Shown piece by piece: positions 20,383 through 30,936 of a stretch of DNA of 64,000 nucleotides. How positions within the stretch are numbered: position 1 is the first letter of the stretch; each line of letters begins with the position of its first letter. Source of the DNA: Thermostichus sp. DRC_bins_24 (GTDB lineage: Bacteria > Cyanobacteriota > Cyanobacteriia > Thermostichales > Thermostichaceae); NCBI GenBank assembly GCA_039794845.1, contig JAUQVK010000101.1, positions 1,225-65,224 of the forward strand, read 5' to 3'. Under the pieces are notes generated by a model. That model had not been told where the DNA came from and did not search any database. It saw nothing but the letters and a program-made list of their open reading frames with translations. The position numbers and the translations under genes are program-made.

Positions 20383-22554
20383 ATGGTTGCCTATTTGCTG
20401 GAAGTCGGCTGTGAGGAACTCCCGGCCAGCTTTGTCGATTCGGCCCTACAGCAGTGGCAAACCGGGATCCCTGCCTCGCTGGCGGAAGCCCATCTGCAGG
20501 TGGAGCAGATGCAGCTTTTCGGGACACCGCGCCGCCTGGCCGTTTTGTTGCAAGGATTACCCAACCAACAGCCGGATCGCACTTTGGAGGTGAAGGGGCC
20601 ACCGCAGCAGATCGCTTACCAAGAGGGCCGGCTCACCGCCACCGGCGAAAAATTTGCCCAGAAGCAAGGGGTGGATCCCAGCAGCCTGGAAATACGGCAG
20701 GTGGGCAAGGGCTCCTTCGTGTTTGCGGTGCAGAAGGTGCGGGGTCGACCGACAGCAGCGGTGATCCAGGAGCTGGCTCCCGGTTGGATTACCGGTCTGA
20801 GTGGCGAACGGCTGATGCGCTGGGCCTGTGGGGATCTGAAGTTTCCCCGTCCGATTCGCTGGTTGGTGTCCCTCTGGGATGATCAGGTGCTGCCGTTGCT
20901 GTTGCCCACCCATGAGGGGAATGCCATGCCGGGATTGGTGGCGGGGCGGGTGAGCCGAGGGCACCGGGTCTTGGGATCCCAGACGGTCATCTTGAAGCAA
21001 GCCGAGAGCTACAGCCAGCAGATGCAGGCTGCGGGGGTGAGCCCCGATCCGGCGGTGCGGCAGGCGTTCATTCGGGCAGAGGTGGCCAAGCTAGCGACCC
21101 AGGTGCACGGAGAGGCCCAGATGCCCCCCGAGTTGCTGCGGGAGGTGGTGCAGTTGGTGGAATGGCCGACGGCGGTGTTGGGGCGTTTCGATTCGGAATT
21201 TCTGCGCTTGCCGGCGGCGGTGATTCAAACGGTGATGATCACCCATCAACGCTACTTCCCGGTTAGGGATCAACGGGATCCCCAGAAATTGTTGCCCTAC
21301 TTCATCACCATCTCTAATGGTGACCCTGAACAGTCGGAACGGATCGGGGCAGGCAATAGCCGCGTGGTGCGGGCGAGGCTGTCGGATGCGCGCTTTTTCT
21401 ACGAAGAAGATCAGCGTACCCCTTTGGCCGCCAAAGTCCAGCGCCTCGAGGCGGTGACCTTTGCCGAAGGGCTGGGATCCATGCGGGACAAGGTGGAACG
21501 TATCCGCCAGATCAGCCGCCAGATTGCTCTAGCCTTGAATCTGGATTCACAGGAACAAGCGCTTGTGGATCGCACGGCTCAACTGTGCAAGGCAGATTTG
21601 GTTACCCAAATGGTGTACGAGTTCCCAGAGCTACAGGGGATCATGGGGGCCGACTATGCCCGTCTTGACGGCGAGCCGGAAGCCGTGGCAGCGGGGATTG
21701 AGCAGCACTACTGGCCGCTGGGGGCGGGAGAGGCTTTGCCCACAGCCCTGACGGGTCAGGTGGTGGGTTGGGCGGATCGCCTGGATACGTTGGTGGGCAT
21801 GTTCCGCTTGGGGCGGATCCCGACCGGCTCTTCCGATCGCTTTGCTTTGCGGCGGGCAGCCAACAGCCTGGTGCTGATCGCCTGGGAAGCGGGCTGGGCT
21901 TTGGATGTGAACCAGCTGCTGCACCAACTGGTGCAGGACTACGCCGCCGGGGATGCCAAGACGCTCGTGGCACTGCAGGAGTTTTTGGCCCAGCGGCTTC
22001 AAACGCTGTTGCAGGAGGAAAAACACATTGACTACGACCTGGTGAAGGCTGTGTTGGGGGAGCCGGAATCGCTACGGACAGGGGATCCCCACCAGACAGA
22101 TTTGACCTTGCGTGCCCTGAGCAACCTGCCCCTCACCCTGTTGCGGTCTGAGTATTTGCAACATCTGCGGGCCACGGGTGAGTTGGCGCATCTCTACCCC
22201 ACCTTGAATCGCTGTGCTCGCTTGGCGGCTCAAGGGAACCTAGCCTACGAGGTGGTCGATCCGGCAGCCGTGGTCGATCCCAAGCAGTTGCAGGATGCGG
22301 CGGAGCTTGAGCTTTATGAGGTTTGTGAAAGGGTCTATCGCTGCGGCGTGGAACCGGCCAACGCAGGCGACTTTACCCCCTTGGTGGAGGCCCTCCAGGA
22401 GGCGGCCCCTCAAGTGGCACAGTTTTTCGAGGCGGTTTTGGTGATGGATCCCGACCCGACCCGCCGGGCCAATCGCTTGAATTTGCTGGGGCTGTTGCGC
22501 AACCAGTCGCGCCTGCTGGGGGATATGGGAGCGGTGGTCATGGCGGGGGAATAG
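20383..22554 (+). CDS. glyS: Glycine--tRNA ligase beta subunit
   Basis: LLEVGCEELP, TPRRL, FPRPIRW, HQRYF, EFPELQG, PTGSSDRFALRR and NRLNLL. Confidence 0.97.
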   Translation: MVAYLLEVGCEELPASFVDSALQQWQTGIPASLAEAHLQVEQMQLFGTPRRLAVLLQGLPNQQPDRTLEVKGPPQQIAYQEGRLTATGEKFAQKQGVDPSSLEIRQVGKGSFVFAVQKVRGRPTAAVIQELAPGWITGLSGERLMRWACGDLKFPRPIRWLVSLWDDQVLPLLLPTHEGNAMPGLVAGRVSRGHRVLGSQTVILKQAESYSQQMQAAGVSPDPAVRQAFIRAEVAKLATQVHGEAQMPPELLREVVQLVEWPTAVLGRFDSEFLRLPAAVIQTVMITHQRYFPVRDQRDPQKLLPYFITISNGDPEQSERIGAGNSRVVRARLSDARFFYEEDQRTPLAAKVQRLEAVTFAEGLGSMRDKVERIRQISRQIALALNLDSQEQALVDRTAQLCKADLVTQMVYEFPELQGIMGADYARLDGEPEAVAAGIEQHYWPLGAGEALPTALTGQVVGWADRLDTLVGMFRLGRIPTGSSDRFALRRAANSLVLIAWEAGWALDVNQLLHQLVQDYAAGDAKTLVALQEFLAQRLQTLLQEEKHIDYDLVKAVLGEPESLRTGDPHQTDLTLRALSNLPLTLLRSEYLQHLRATGELAHLYPTLNRCARLAAQGNLAYEVVDPAAVVDPKQLQDAAELELYEVCERVYRCGVEPANAGDFTPLVEALQEAAPQVAQFFEAVLVMDPDPTRRANRLNLLGLLRNQSRLLGDMGAVVMAGE

Positions 22555-22570
22555 CAGCCACTAAACGGAG

Positions 22571-23470
22571 CTAGAGAGAGCGTAGACATTGCTCGAGGGC
22601 CTGGCTGACAGAACTCAGGTAGCCCCCTCCGAACAAATTGAGGTGGTTGAGCAGGTGGTAGAGCTGGTAAAGGGGCTTGCGGCGAGGGTAGCCCGAATCA
22701 AGCGGATAAGCCTGTTCATAGGCGCGGTAAAACCCGGCAGGAAAGCCCCCAAACAACTCGGTCATGGCCAAGTCGGTTTCTCGATCCCCGTAGTACAGCG
22801 CCGGATCGAAAATTACCGGGGATCCATCCGCCAAGGCGCCGTAGTTGCCCCCCCACAGATCCCCGTGTAGGAGGGAAGGCTCCGGTCTGTAATCCTGGAA
22901 AAACGCTTCCAACTCCGCCATCAGCCGTTCTGCTTGCTGGATCCAGGGGCCGCTGTACCCCCGCTGATGGGCCAACCTCACCTGGTACAGAAGACGCTGA
23001 TCGCGGTAGAACGCCACCCAGTCGGGTTGCCAGGGGTTGAGCTGTGGGGTAGAGCCGATCGTGTTGTTGCGATCCCAGCCATAGCAGCCATTGGGGGAAA
23101 GGGTACGGTGCAACTGGGCCAGTTGGGATCCCAGCAGACTGGCCGTGTGGGCGCGGGGAGAGCTCAGCTCCAGATACTCCAGCACCAGATAGGCGTACTC
23201 CCCGTCGGATCCCCAAAGGAGCGGCTGCGGGGTGCGAATCGCTTTTGCCTCCGCCAAGGTTTGTAGCCCCGCCGCTTCGGCAGCAAACATCTCCAAAGCC
23301 CCCACCCCTCCAGATCTGGCCAACTTGACAAAGTAGGCCTGCCGTCCATCCGAAAGACGATAGGTGGCGTTGATGCTGCCCCCCCCAACGGAGTGAACCT
23401 GAGCGGAGGAGAGGGTCTCGCCGGTTGTTTCCGAGAGCTGCCGGAGGATCGCCTGCCAGATGCGCTGCAT
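22571..23470 (-). CDS. Fructosamine/ketosamine-3-kinase family protein
   Basis: GGGSIN, YFVK, NTIGSTPQ, PSLLHGDLWGGN, FDPA.YYGDRETDLAM and LNHLNLFG. Confidence 0.93.
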   Translation of the reverse strand: MQRIWQAILRQLSETTGETLSSAQVHSVGGGSINATYRLSDGRQAYFVKLARSGGVGALEMFAAEAAGLQTLAEAKAIRTPQPLLWGSDGEYAYLVLEYLELSSPRAHTASLLGSQLAQLHRTLSPNGCYGWDRNNTIGSTPQLNPWQPDWVAFYRDQRLLYQVRLAHQRGYSGPWIQQAERLMAELEAFFQDYRPEPSLLHGDLWGGNYGALADGSPVIFDPALYYGDRETDLAMTELFGGFPAGFYRAYEQAYPLDSGYPRRKPLYQLYHLLNHLNLFGGGYLSSVSQALEQCLRSL

Positions 23471-23501
23471 AAAGACTGGGGAGCAGAAAGGGACTAGGAA
23501 C

Positions 23502-23900
23502 TCAACAGGACTCCGAGACGATGGCGCTGACTTCGATCTCCACCCAAAAGTCTGGGCTGGCCAAGGCGCTCACCTGAACCAATGTCGAGGCGGGGCGAAT
23601 TTCCCCAAATACCTCTCCGTGGGCTCGTCCCACCCCCTCAAAATAGGCCATGTTGGTTACGTAAATGCGGGTGCGCACCACATCCGTCAGCTCTGCCCCC
23701 ACCTGCTTGAGGGCCCGCTCAATTTTGCTCAAAATGAAGCGGGTTTGCCCATAGGGATCCCCACTGCCCACCACCTGTCCGTGCTCATCCGCAGCCACAG
23801 TGCCCGCCACCTCCACCAGGGATCCCACTCGGATCGCCCGCGAATAGCCGACAAACTTCTCCCAAGGGGTACCGGTAGAGACGAGGGTGCGTTCAGTCAT
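23502..23900 (-). CDS. RidA/YjgF family protein
   Basis: WE..VGYSRA, DVVRTRIYV, RPASTLVQV and VEIE. Confidence 0.92.
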   Translation of the reverse strand: MTERTLVSTGTPWEKFVGYSRAIRVGSLVEVAGTVAADEHGQVVGSGDPYGQTRFILSKIERALKQVGAELTDVVRTRIYVTNMAYFEGVGRAHGEVFGEIRPASTLVQVSALASPDFWVEIEVSAIVSESC

Positions 23901-24014
23901 GGGATCCCATCCAGAATAAGCAACGAGCGTTCGGCCTTACCAGAACCCTCAGGTAGCCCTGACGGTGCTTCGGCCAAAGCACTCGGGTGGAAGTCTTTAT
24001 AAAAACCCTTCTCC

Positions 24015-24431
24015 CTAAAGGCTGGCGAGGGTACCTTGCGCCACCAGATACTCAACAACAGGGATCCCACCCAGCACATGCTCCCGTAAAACCCGCTCGA
24101 TCACCTCCGGAGTGGCGGAGTGGTACCAAAAACCACCCGGATAAACCAGCAGCACGGGCCCGGGAATGGCATGGTCGCACCCCCGCAGGCAGTTGGCCTT
24201 GGTGCGGTACACCCGCGGGGATCCCTCCAGCCCTGCTTCGAGGTTCAACTGTTTGATCCGCAGCTTCAAATAGTCCCAGGCCTCCAAACCCACGGATTTC
24301 TCGCAACATTTGGGTTTGGTTTGATCCGCACAGAGCAACAGGTGCCACTGATAGGGTGGGATAGCAGCCAAGGGGGGGGATTGACCTGGGGATCCGGCTG
24401 GCGAGGGGATAAGATCCGCGGAGTTGGTCAT
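24015..24431 (-). CDS. Thioredoxin-like [2Fe-2S] ferredoxin
   Basis: LLLCADQTKPKCC, RTKANCLRGC and GPVLLVYPGGFWY. Confidence 0.9.
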   Translation of the reverse strand: MTNSADLIPSPAGSPGQSPPLAAIPPYQWHLLLCADQTKPKCCEKSVGLEAWDYLKLRIKQLNLEAGLEGSPRVYRTKANCLRGCDHAIPGPVLLVYPGGFWYHSATPEVIERVLREHVLGGIPVVEYLVAQGTLASL

Positions 24432-24505
24432 GAAGGGATCCCTCAATCAGGCTACGGTTGCATTATCTCCTGCTTCTGATCGGAAGGGGGTTGAGTGTGT
24501 TGGTG

Positions 24506-25075
24506 ATGCAGGTCGAGGCCCCAAAACAACGGCTGTTTCTTGCGTTGCTGCCTCCTCCAGCCATTCAAGCGCAGGTGACGGCGATCCAACGCCAGGTTGC
24601 GGAGCAATTTGCCAGCCAAGCGGCTTTGCGCTCACCCCCCCACATCACCTTGGTGCCGCCGTTCGAGTGGCCCAGTTCAGACCTGCCCATCCTGACGGGA
24701 TCCCTGCAGGCCTTGGCTGAACAACAAATTCCTATCCAGGTTGAGCTATCCGGCTTTGGAGCCTTTGCACCCCGCGTCATTTACATTCACGTGGTTCCCT
24801 CCCCTGAGCTGCAACAATTGCACGCTCAAGTGCATCAGCACCTGCAGCCCCTTCTAAACCCAGAGGGGAGGGCCTCTCAAGACCGCCCCTTTGTGCCCCA
24901 CATGACCGTGGCCTTCCGAGATCTGAGCCCCGCTCAGTTTCGAGCAGCTTGGCCAGCGTTTGAGATTCGTCCTTTCCAGGGTTCTTTTACCGTGTCAGAG
25001 CTGACACTTCTCCTCCATGACCGCAAACGGTGGCAGGTTTTCGCCCAGTTGCCGATGCAGAAGGGATCCAAATGA
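24506..25075 (+). CDS. 2H phosphoesterase (2'-5' RNA ligase family)
   Basis: RLFLAL plus two HxT motifs (PPHITL, VPHMTV). Confidence 0.9.
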   Translation: MQVEAPKQRLFLALLPPPAIQAQVTAIQRQVAEQFASQAALRSPPHITLVPPFEWPSSDLPILTGSLQALAEQQIPIQVELSGFGAFAPRVIYIHVVPSPELQQLHAQVHQHLQPLLNPEGRASQDRPFVPHMTVAFRDLSPAQFRAAWPAFEIRPFQGSFTVSELTLLLHDRKRWQVFAQLPMQKGSK

Positions 25076-25121
25076 TTCAGCAGAGATCCAGGGAAGGCGG
25101 ATAAATAAGCGCCAACCCCAC

Positions 25122-26141
25122 TTACTCAACCCAGTGAGAGGCCATGTATTCCGCCATGTCCACCACCCGTTGGGAGTACCCCCACTCGTTGTCGTACCAG
25201 GCCATCACCTTGACCAGATCGCCCCCCAGCACATTGGTCATCTCTGCATCCACAATCGCCGAGCAATCGTGGCCGCGATAGTCGATCGATACCAGCGGGA
25301 TATCGGAGTAGGCCAGGATCCCTTTCAGGCTGGTTTCGGAGGCTTCTTTCAGGGCAGCATTGACCTCCTCGGCAATGACGCTCTTTTCGGTTTGCACCAC
25401 CAAATCCACCAGAGAAACATTAGGAGTAGGTACCCGGACGGCCACCCCACTCAGCTTCCCCTTCAGCTCCGGGATCACCAAAGCCACCGCCTTGGCGGCA
25501 CCGGTGGTGGTGGGCACCATGCTCAGGGCTGCCGCCCGAGCGCGCCGGAGGTCGCGGTGTCCACCATCCAAGATCCGCTGGTCGCCGGTATAGCTGTGGG
25601 TCGTGGTCATGGTGGCACGAACAATGCCGAATTTTTCCAGCAGCACCTTGATGATCGGGGTGAGACAGTTGGTGGTGCAGCTGGCATTGCTGACAATGTT
25701 GTGACGCACCGGATCGTAGGTATTCTGATTAACACCGTACACAAAGGTGGGAATATCGCTCCCCTTGGCCGGGGCAGTGATCATCACCTTTTTGGCACCG
25801 GCTTCAATGTGCTTTGAGGCCCCTTCGTAGTTCACGAAGACGCCCGTAGCCTCGATCACCAGATCCACATTCCACTCTTTCCAGGGCAGATTGCTGGGGT
25901 TGCGATCAGAGACAGCGTTGATGCGTTTGCCGTTCACCACCAAGCCGCCCTCGGCAGGCTCTACCTCTGCCCCTTGCAACGGTCCAAGGATGGAATCGTA
26001 CTTGAGCAGATGGGCAGCAGTGCGAGAATCTGAGGTATCGTTGATGGCGACAATCTCCAGGTTGGACTGGGAACGCCCCAACCAACAGCGCAAAAAGTTG
26101 CGCCCAATGCGACCAAATCCGTTGATTGCTACCCTGACCAC
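25122..26141 (-). CDS. gap2: NAD(P)-dependent glyceraldehyde-3-phosphate dehydrogenase (Calvin cycle type)
   Basis: [46 protein letters not shown] and WYDNEWGYS. Confidence 0.95.
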   Translation of the reverse strand: MVRVAINGFGRIGRNFLRCWLGRSQSNLEIVAINDTSDSRTAAHLLKYDSILGPLQGAEVEPAEGGLVVNGKRINAVSDRNPSNLPWKEWNVDLVIEATGVFVNYEGASKHIEAGAKKVMITAPAKGSDIPTFVYGVNQNTYDPVRHNIVSNASCTTNCLTPIIKVLLEKFGIVRATMTTTHSYTGDQRILDGGHRDLRRARAAALSMVPTTTGAAKAVALVIPELKGKLSGVAVRVPTPNVSLVDLVVQTEKSVIAEEVNAALKEASETSLKGILAYSDIPLVSIDYRGHDCSAIVDAEMTNVLGGDLVKVMAWYDNEWGYSQRVVDMAEYMASHWVE

Positions 26142-26298
26142 TGCTCCTGACCTCGCTGCTTGAAATTCTTTGGGGGCTGCTGCTTAGCACATGATATCGC
26201 AAGCCTTGAATATTCTGAAGATAAAATTTGGGATCCCATTGTTTTATCTCTATGGGTTTTAACCGCCAAACCCGCTGTGGGAAAGCCTTTGGTCCTTT

Positions 26299-26814
26299 TC
26301 AGGACGGATAACGCTGGTGCAGCAGAGCCATAGCGGAGGCCACATTTTCCACGCCTCGTTGTTCCAACAGATCGGTAAACATACTGTCTAGCCAGTAAAG
26401 GCGTTCACTGATGATCTCGCTCCAGGCGCGGTAGAGTTTCACCTGCACTTCCAGAGGCAACAGGATCAGCCCTTCGCTGGAAAGGCGTAGGGTTTGCACC
26501 TCCGTCAGGCTTACGGCGGTAAAGGAGCGCCGCCGCCCTGTCAGCAAAGAAAGCTCCCCAAACAATCGCCCCGCGTGCAGAGTGGCCAGCAGATAATCTC
26601 CAGGATGTCGCACGTACTGCCGCCGCAACTCCACCACCCCACTTAGAACCACGTACAGGTCGCTACTGGGATCCCCTTCCTGGAAAATCACCTGGCCGGG
26701 GGAAAAACGGCTGGGCAGCAGGGCCGTGGTCAGTGCCTGCCACTCGGGATCCTCTAATGACTGAAACAGCAGATGCTCACGAACTCGCTCGAAAGGGTAA
26801 CGGGTGCTGCTCAT
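26299..26814 (-). CDS. Stand-alone cyclic-nucleotide-binding protein
   Basis: GQVIFQEGD, LYVVLSG.V and the phosphate-binding cassette FGELSLL...RRSFTA. No HTH. Start placed at ATG 26814. Confidence 0.85.
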   Translation of the reverse strand: MSSTRYPFERVREHLLFQSLEDPEWQALTTALLPSRFSPGQVIFQEGDPSSDLYVVLSGVVELRRQYVRHPGDYLLATLHAGRLFGELSLLTGRRRSFTAVSLTEVQTLRLSSEGLILLPLEVQVKLYRAWSEIISERLYWLDSMFTDLLEQRGVENVASAMALLHQRYPS

Positions 26815-26873
26815 GGGTGCCTGGGGCCGGATCTGTCTCATCCTACCGTTGCAGGGATCAGGGGTGAGGGCGG

Positions 26874-27692
26874 TCAGTCTTGGCCGTAAACCTCCCTTAA
26901 GCTTTCTAGGACGGCTCCTGTCAGCTCGAAGAAACGGGCGGAGCGCCAGGTCTCGAACCCGCGCGGCTGGGGTAGATCGACGGGAATGATCTTGGCAATT
27001 TGGCCGGGATTGGGGGTCATCACCACCACTCTGCTGGAGAGAAACACCGCCTCTTGAATGGAGTGGGTGACGAAGAAGATGGTTTTTTGGGTGGTTTCCC
27101 AAAGGCGCAGCAGCTCCAGATTCATTTTCTCACGGGTAATCTCGTCCAGGGCCCCGAAGGGTTCGTCCATAAACAGCAGCTCGGGGTCAAAGGCCAAGGC
27201 CCGCGCGATGGAAACCCGCTGCTGCATGCCCCCCGACAGTTGCCAAGGGTAGCTGTGCAAAAAATTCTCTAGCCCCACCAATTTCAACATCCGTCTAGCC
27301 CGTTCCTGTCGCTCCCCTGTCGAGAGGTGCATCACCTGCAGCGGCAGCATCACATTCTGTAGAGCCGTGCGCCATTCCAGCAGGGTGGGGGCCTGAAAAA
27401 TATAGCCGTAGAGCCGGTCTTGTCGGGCCTGCCGGGGGCTACGTCCGGCAATGGAGAGGGATCCCTCGCTGGGCTGCTCCAGATCCGCCAGAATGCGCAG
27501 CAACGTGGTTTTGCCACAACCGGAGGGGCCAATTAGGGCGATGAATTCCCCCCGCTGCACCTCCAGGTTGACATCCCGTAGGGCCACCACCTCCCCAACG
27601 GGGCTAGGGTACCGTTTGCCTACCCCACGCAGGCTGACCAAGGATCCCACTGCGCTGGCCTGTGATTCGGTAGAAACGAGAGAAGGATTCAT
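26874..27692 (-). CDS. NitT/TauT-family ABC transporter ATP-binding protein
   Basis: GPSGCGKT, LSGGMQQR, MDEPFGALDEITR and FVTHSIQEAV. Confidence 0.93.
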   Translation of the reverse strand: MNPSLVSTESQASAVGSLVSLRGVGKRYPSPVGEVVALRDVNLEVQRGEFIALIGPSGCGKTTLLRILADLEQPSEGSLSIAGRSPRQARQDRLYGYIFQAPTLLEWRTALQNVMLPLQVMHLSTGERQERARRMLKLVGLENFLHSYPWQLSGGMQQRVSIARALAFDPELLFMDEPFGALDEITREKMNLELLRLWETTQKTIFFVTHSIQEAVFLSSRVVVMTPNPGQIAKIIPVDLPQPRGFETWRSARFFELTGAVLESLREVYGQD

Positions 27693-27768
27693 GAAAAAGC
27701 TAGGTGGCGGAAAATTTATCCACCATTAGAAACGCAAACGGGTTGGTTGACCAGCCCACCCCCGGCGC

Positions 27769-28104
27769 TCATTCCTCAAGCACGTAAGAGATAGCGTTTT
27801 TGTTGACGCAGATAAACTCTGCGTGGGCGACACGGCGGCCATTGACAAACATCTCGGAGTCGGTCACGGCCACGAAGCTACGCTCGTCGTTGAGCAAACT
27901 GGAAACCCGTCGCTCGAACTCGGTACCTTCCAAAAACACTTCGCCGCGAATATCGGTGCCATCCAGGGTGCGGATGCGGATGCGCCGCCGCTCCTCTCCT
28001 ACCGCCTGGGCCGTTTCATAGGCCCCACGTCGGGCTGTTTTTTTGAGCGAGCGACCCGAGGTGCTCATGGCATCGCGCAGATCATCGAACTCCTCGCCGT
28101 TCAT
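27769..28104 (-). CDS. Small conserved hypothetical protein (DUF6812-like)
   Basis: The pattern IRT..G.DIRGEV...RVSSLLN...FVAVTD...FICVNK.AI.YV. A GAGG SD is present. Confidence 0.65.
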   Translation of the reverse strand: MNGEEFDDLRDAMSTSGRSLKKTARRGAYETAQAVGEERRRIRIRTLDGTDIRGEVFLEGTEFERRVSSLLNDERSFVAVTDSEMFVNGRRVAHAEFICVNKNAISYVLEE

Positions 28105-28328
28105 GGGCCCACCTCGAACTCAAAACTGTGGCTGGGAAAAGCGGCAAACTTGCCCCCCACCGAGTCAAGATTAACACACCCAACCTCCACAATCTCGTAG
28201 ATAAGAACAAAGCTGAAGATACAGCCTTCATGGGAGTTTTCCAGACCAAGAATTGTGTTTCCTGAGCCACTCAGAAGGTGAAGTTTCAGCTTCCACCGTT
28301 GTCGGTACCTGGCGAAAGGGCTGTAAGC

Positions 28329-29198
28329 CTAGGGTTTGATCAAATCCCCGTACAAATCTGGGCGACGATCCCGATAAAACTGCCACAGTTCCCGCACTTG
28401 CCGCACCTGATCCAAGTCCAAATCAGCGCTCACCAACTCGTCTTGATGCCGGGATCCCTTGGCCAAAATCTGCCCGCGGGGATCGGCAAAATAGCTCTGG
28501 CCATAAAACTCCCCAATCCGCCAGGGATCCTCCCATCCCACCCGGTTACTGGCTGCCACGAAGTAGCCGTTGGCTACCGCATGAGCCGGTTGTTCCACAA
28601 ACCACAGATATTCCGAGAGGCCCGCCACGGTGGCCGAGGGGTTAAAGACGATTTCAGCCCCATTCAGGCCCAAAGCCCGCGCCCCCTCCGGGAAATGCCG
28701 GTCGTAGCAAAGGTAGACCCCCACTTTGGCAAAGGCGGTCTGGAACACGGGGTAGCCCAAATTGCCGGGGCGAAAGAAAAACTTCTCCCAAAACCCCTGC
28801 ACCTGGGGCAGATGGGTCTTGCGGTACTTGCCCAAGTAGCGGCCATCCGCATCGATCACCGCCGCCGTATTGTAGTAGAGGCCGGGCATTTCCTCCTCGA
28901 AAAGCGGCACCACCAGCACCATGCCGTATTGACGGGCCAGCTCCTGCATTCGTTGCGTGGTGGGCCCGGCGGGTACCGGCTCGGCCAACTGAAACCATTC
29001 CGGGTTTTGGCTAGGGCAAAAATAGGGGCCGTAAAACAGCTCCTGTAGGCCAAGAATTTGGATCCCTTGCTCAGCCGCCTGCGCCATGTAAGGCAGATGC
29101 TTGTCGAGCATCGCCTGTTTCAGTTGTGCTGGGGAGCGGGTCACCCCATCTTGGGGAAGAGACAGTTGGATCAGTCCGGCCTTAACCTGCTGGGACAT
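28329..29198 (-). CDS. Nitrilase-superfamily amidohydrolase, beta-ureidopropionase-like
   Basis: E-K-C triad (LQELF, YRKTH, LCYDRHFPE), plus FWEKFFF, FNPSAT and WQFYRDRRP. Confidence 0.88.
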   Translation of the reverse strand: MSQQVKAGLIQLSLPQDGVTRSPAQLKQAMLDKHLPYMAQAAEQGIQILGLQELFYGPYFCPSQNPEWFQLAEPVPAGPTTQRMQELARQYGMVLVVPLFEEEMPGLYYNTAAVIDADGRYLGKYRKTHLPQVQGFWEKFFFRPGNLGYPVFQTAFAKVGVYLCYDRHFPEGARALGLNGAEIVFNPSATVAGLSEYLWFVEQPAHAVANGYFVAASNRVGWEDPWRIGEFYGQSYFADPRGQILAKGSRHQDELVSADLDLDQVRQVRELWQFYRDRRPDLYGDLIKP

Positions 29199-29206
29199 GG
29201 AAGCGG

Positions 29207-30007
29207 TTAATCCTGTTGGTGAGAAAACTGGTAGGCTCCGACGAAGGCCAACGCCACCGCCAAGCCGGCCAAAACTGCCACAGTGTACCAGGGAAATTGG
29301 GAAAGGGGTTGATAGGCTGCCGCCCGCATCCCGACACTGGCATAGGACAGAGGCAAGCAGTAGACCAACACTCGCAAAAACCCCGGCAACTGGCCGGGAT
29401 CAAAAAAGGTGGCCCCCAAAAAAGACATGGGGGTGATCAAAAAATTGGTAAGCACCCCGACGCTCTCCAAGCTTGGGACTTTCAACCCGGCAATGACCCC
29501 AATGCCGGCAAAAACCGCACAGTTGAGCAGCAAAATCAGTAGGGATAGGGGATGGAGCAGGCCCCAGGCCCCTGTACCCAGCACCCCAACCGTCAAAACC
29601 CCCAAGGCGGTGATCAAGCCACGGGTGATGCCCGCCAACACCTTGCCCAAGTGCAACGACAACGGGTGAACCGGCAAGAGCAGCAATTCTTCAAAACTCT
29701 TGGTAAACAGACGTGCCCCACAGATAGAGAAGGTGGTACCTGCAAAGCTAATGGTCATGGCGGAAAGGGCCACCATCCCCGGCAGAATAAAACGCAGATA
29801 GGAGCCCGCCTCCGTAGATCCGGCTACTGCAGCCAATCCCGCTGCCCCCAGGGATCCGCCCAGCCCCACCCCAAAGGCGACGATGTAGATCAAAGGAGCC
29901 ACCAGCCCCGAGGCTAGCACCTGCCAAACTCGCCCGCGCAGATCCAACCAATCGCGCCAAAAGATGGTTAAGCTGTCAGCCCAAATCTGTTGATAGGGTA
30001 GGTTCAT
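29207..30007 (-). CDS. ABC-2 type transporter permease
   Basis: PLIYIVAFG.GLG, YL.FILPG, PMSFLGATFF and LPLSYA. About six TM helices. Confidence 0.88.
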   Translation of the reverse strand: MNLPYQQIWADSLTIFWRDWLDLRGRVWQVLASGLVAPLIYIVAFGVGLGGSLGAAGLAAVAGSTEAGSYLRFILPGMVALSAMTISFAGTTFSICGARLFTKSFEELLLLPVHPLSLHLGKVLAGITRGLITALGVLTVGVLGTGAWGLLHPLSLLILLLNCAVFAGIGVIAGLKVPSLESVGVLTNFLITPMSFLGATFFDPGQLPGFLRVLVYCLPLSYASVGMRAAAYQPLSQFPWYTVAVLAGLAVALAFVGAYQFSHQQD

Positions 30008-30048
30008 GGCACGATCCACCACGGTTTTCCTCGCTTGCGTTGGTTGGT

Positions 30049-30936
30049 TCAATAGCCGTAATAGTTGGAACGCCACCAGGCCACCGGCAACGCCAAGGCC
30101 TTACTGAGGGTAGACACATAGGCGCGGGTGCGAAACACCTGGTAGTGATTGCGCTCGATGGCGTTGAGGATTTGTCGGTAAAGCATCAAGGAAGCTGCCA
30201 CCGGCCAGCGAGAATCCGGCTGGAGGGTACGGATCCCCTTTTCAGCTTGGGCATAAAGCTGTCGGGCCCGTTTGATCTCGTAATCCATCAGGGCAATCCA
30301 GCGCTCGTCGATCACGTAGTTAAACAAATCCCGCTCGGAGTAGTTAAAGCGGCGTAGGTCTTCTAGGGGCAGGTAAATCCGTCCGCGGCGGGCATCTTCC
30401 CCCACATCCCGCAAAATGTTGGTGAGCTGCATGGCAATGCCCAAGGCCACCGCTTCTTCGGTGCCATCCAAGCCGGGCACAAACCCCATAATCTCAGAAG
30501 ACATCAGGCCCACCACCCCCGCCACCCGATAGCAGTAGAGGCGCAAATCCTCCCAAGTGGGGTAGCGCTGGGTATCCAGATCCATGCCTTGGCCCAGCAA
30601 CATATCCCGGAAGGGCTGAATCGAGAGATTGTAGGTTTGGATGGCGTGAATCAGAGCCAAATCGGTGGGAACCTGGGGTTCGCCGCCCGTAAACAAGGCT
30701 TCCAAATGGGATCCCCACTGCTCCAACTTGCTGCGGGTGATCTCCACTTGGGTGTTGCTGGCCTCCAATCCATCCAACAACTCATCGGTTTGCCGCAACC
30801 AGGCATAAATGGCCCAAATGGCATGACGCTTTGGTCGGGGCAACAACAGGGATCCCAGATAAAAGGTCTTGGCATGCTTAGCGGTAATCTGGCGACAGAG
30901 GGCGATGGATTGATCAAGCGGACTCATCTGGCTCAT
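30049..30936 (-). CDS. crtB: Phytoene synthase
   Basis: AKTFY, YAW.R.TDEL.D, YCYRVAG.VG and QLTNILRDVGED..RGRIYLP. The start is uncertain (30927, 30936 or 30987). Confidence 0.96.
   Translation of the reverse strand: MSQMSPLDQSIALCRQITAKHAKTFYLGSLLLPRPKRHAIWAIYAWLRQTDELLDGLEASNTQVEITRSKLEQWGSHLEALFTGGEPQVPTDLALIHAIQTYNLSIQPFRDMLLGQGMDLDTQRYPTWEDLRLYCYRVAGVVGLMSSEIMGFVPGLDGTEEAVALGIAMQLTNILRDVGEDARRGRIYLPLEDLRRFNYSERDLFNYVIDERWIALMDYEIKRARQLYAQAEKGIRTLQPDSRWPVAASLMLYRQILNAIERNHYQVFRTRAYVSTLSKALALPVAWWRSNYYGY

Noticed and set aside
25017..25817. Long antisense ORFs (e.g. opposite gap2, the nitrilase, tnpB, ccmO and pstC)
   Set aside because: These are shadow ORFs of well-supported genes in GC-rich DNA, with no motifs of their own.
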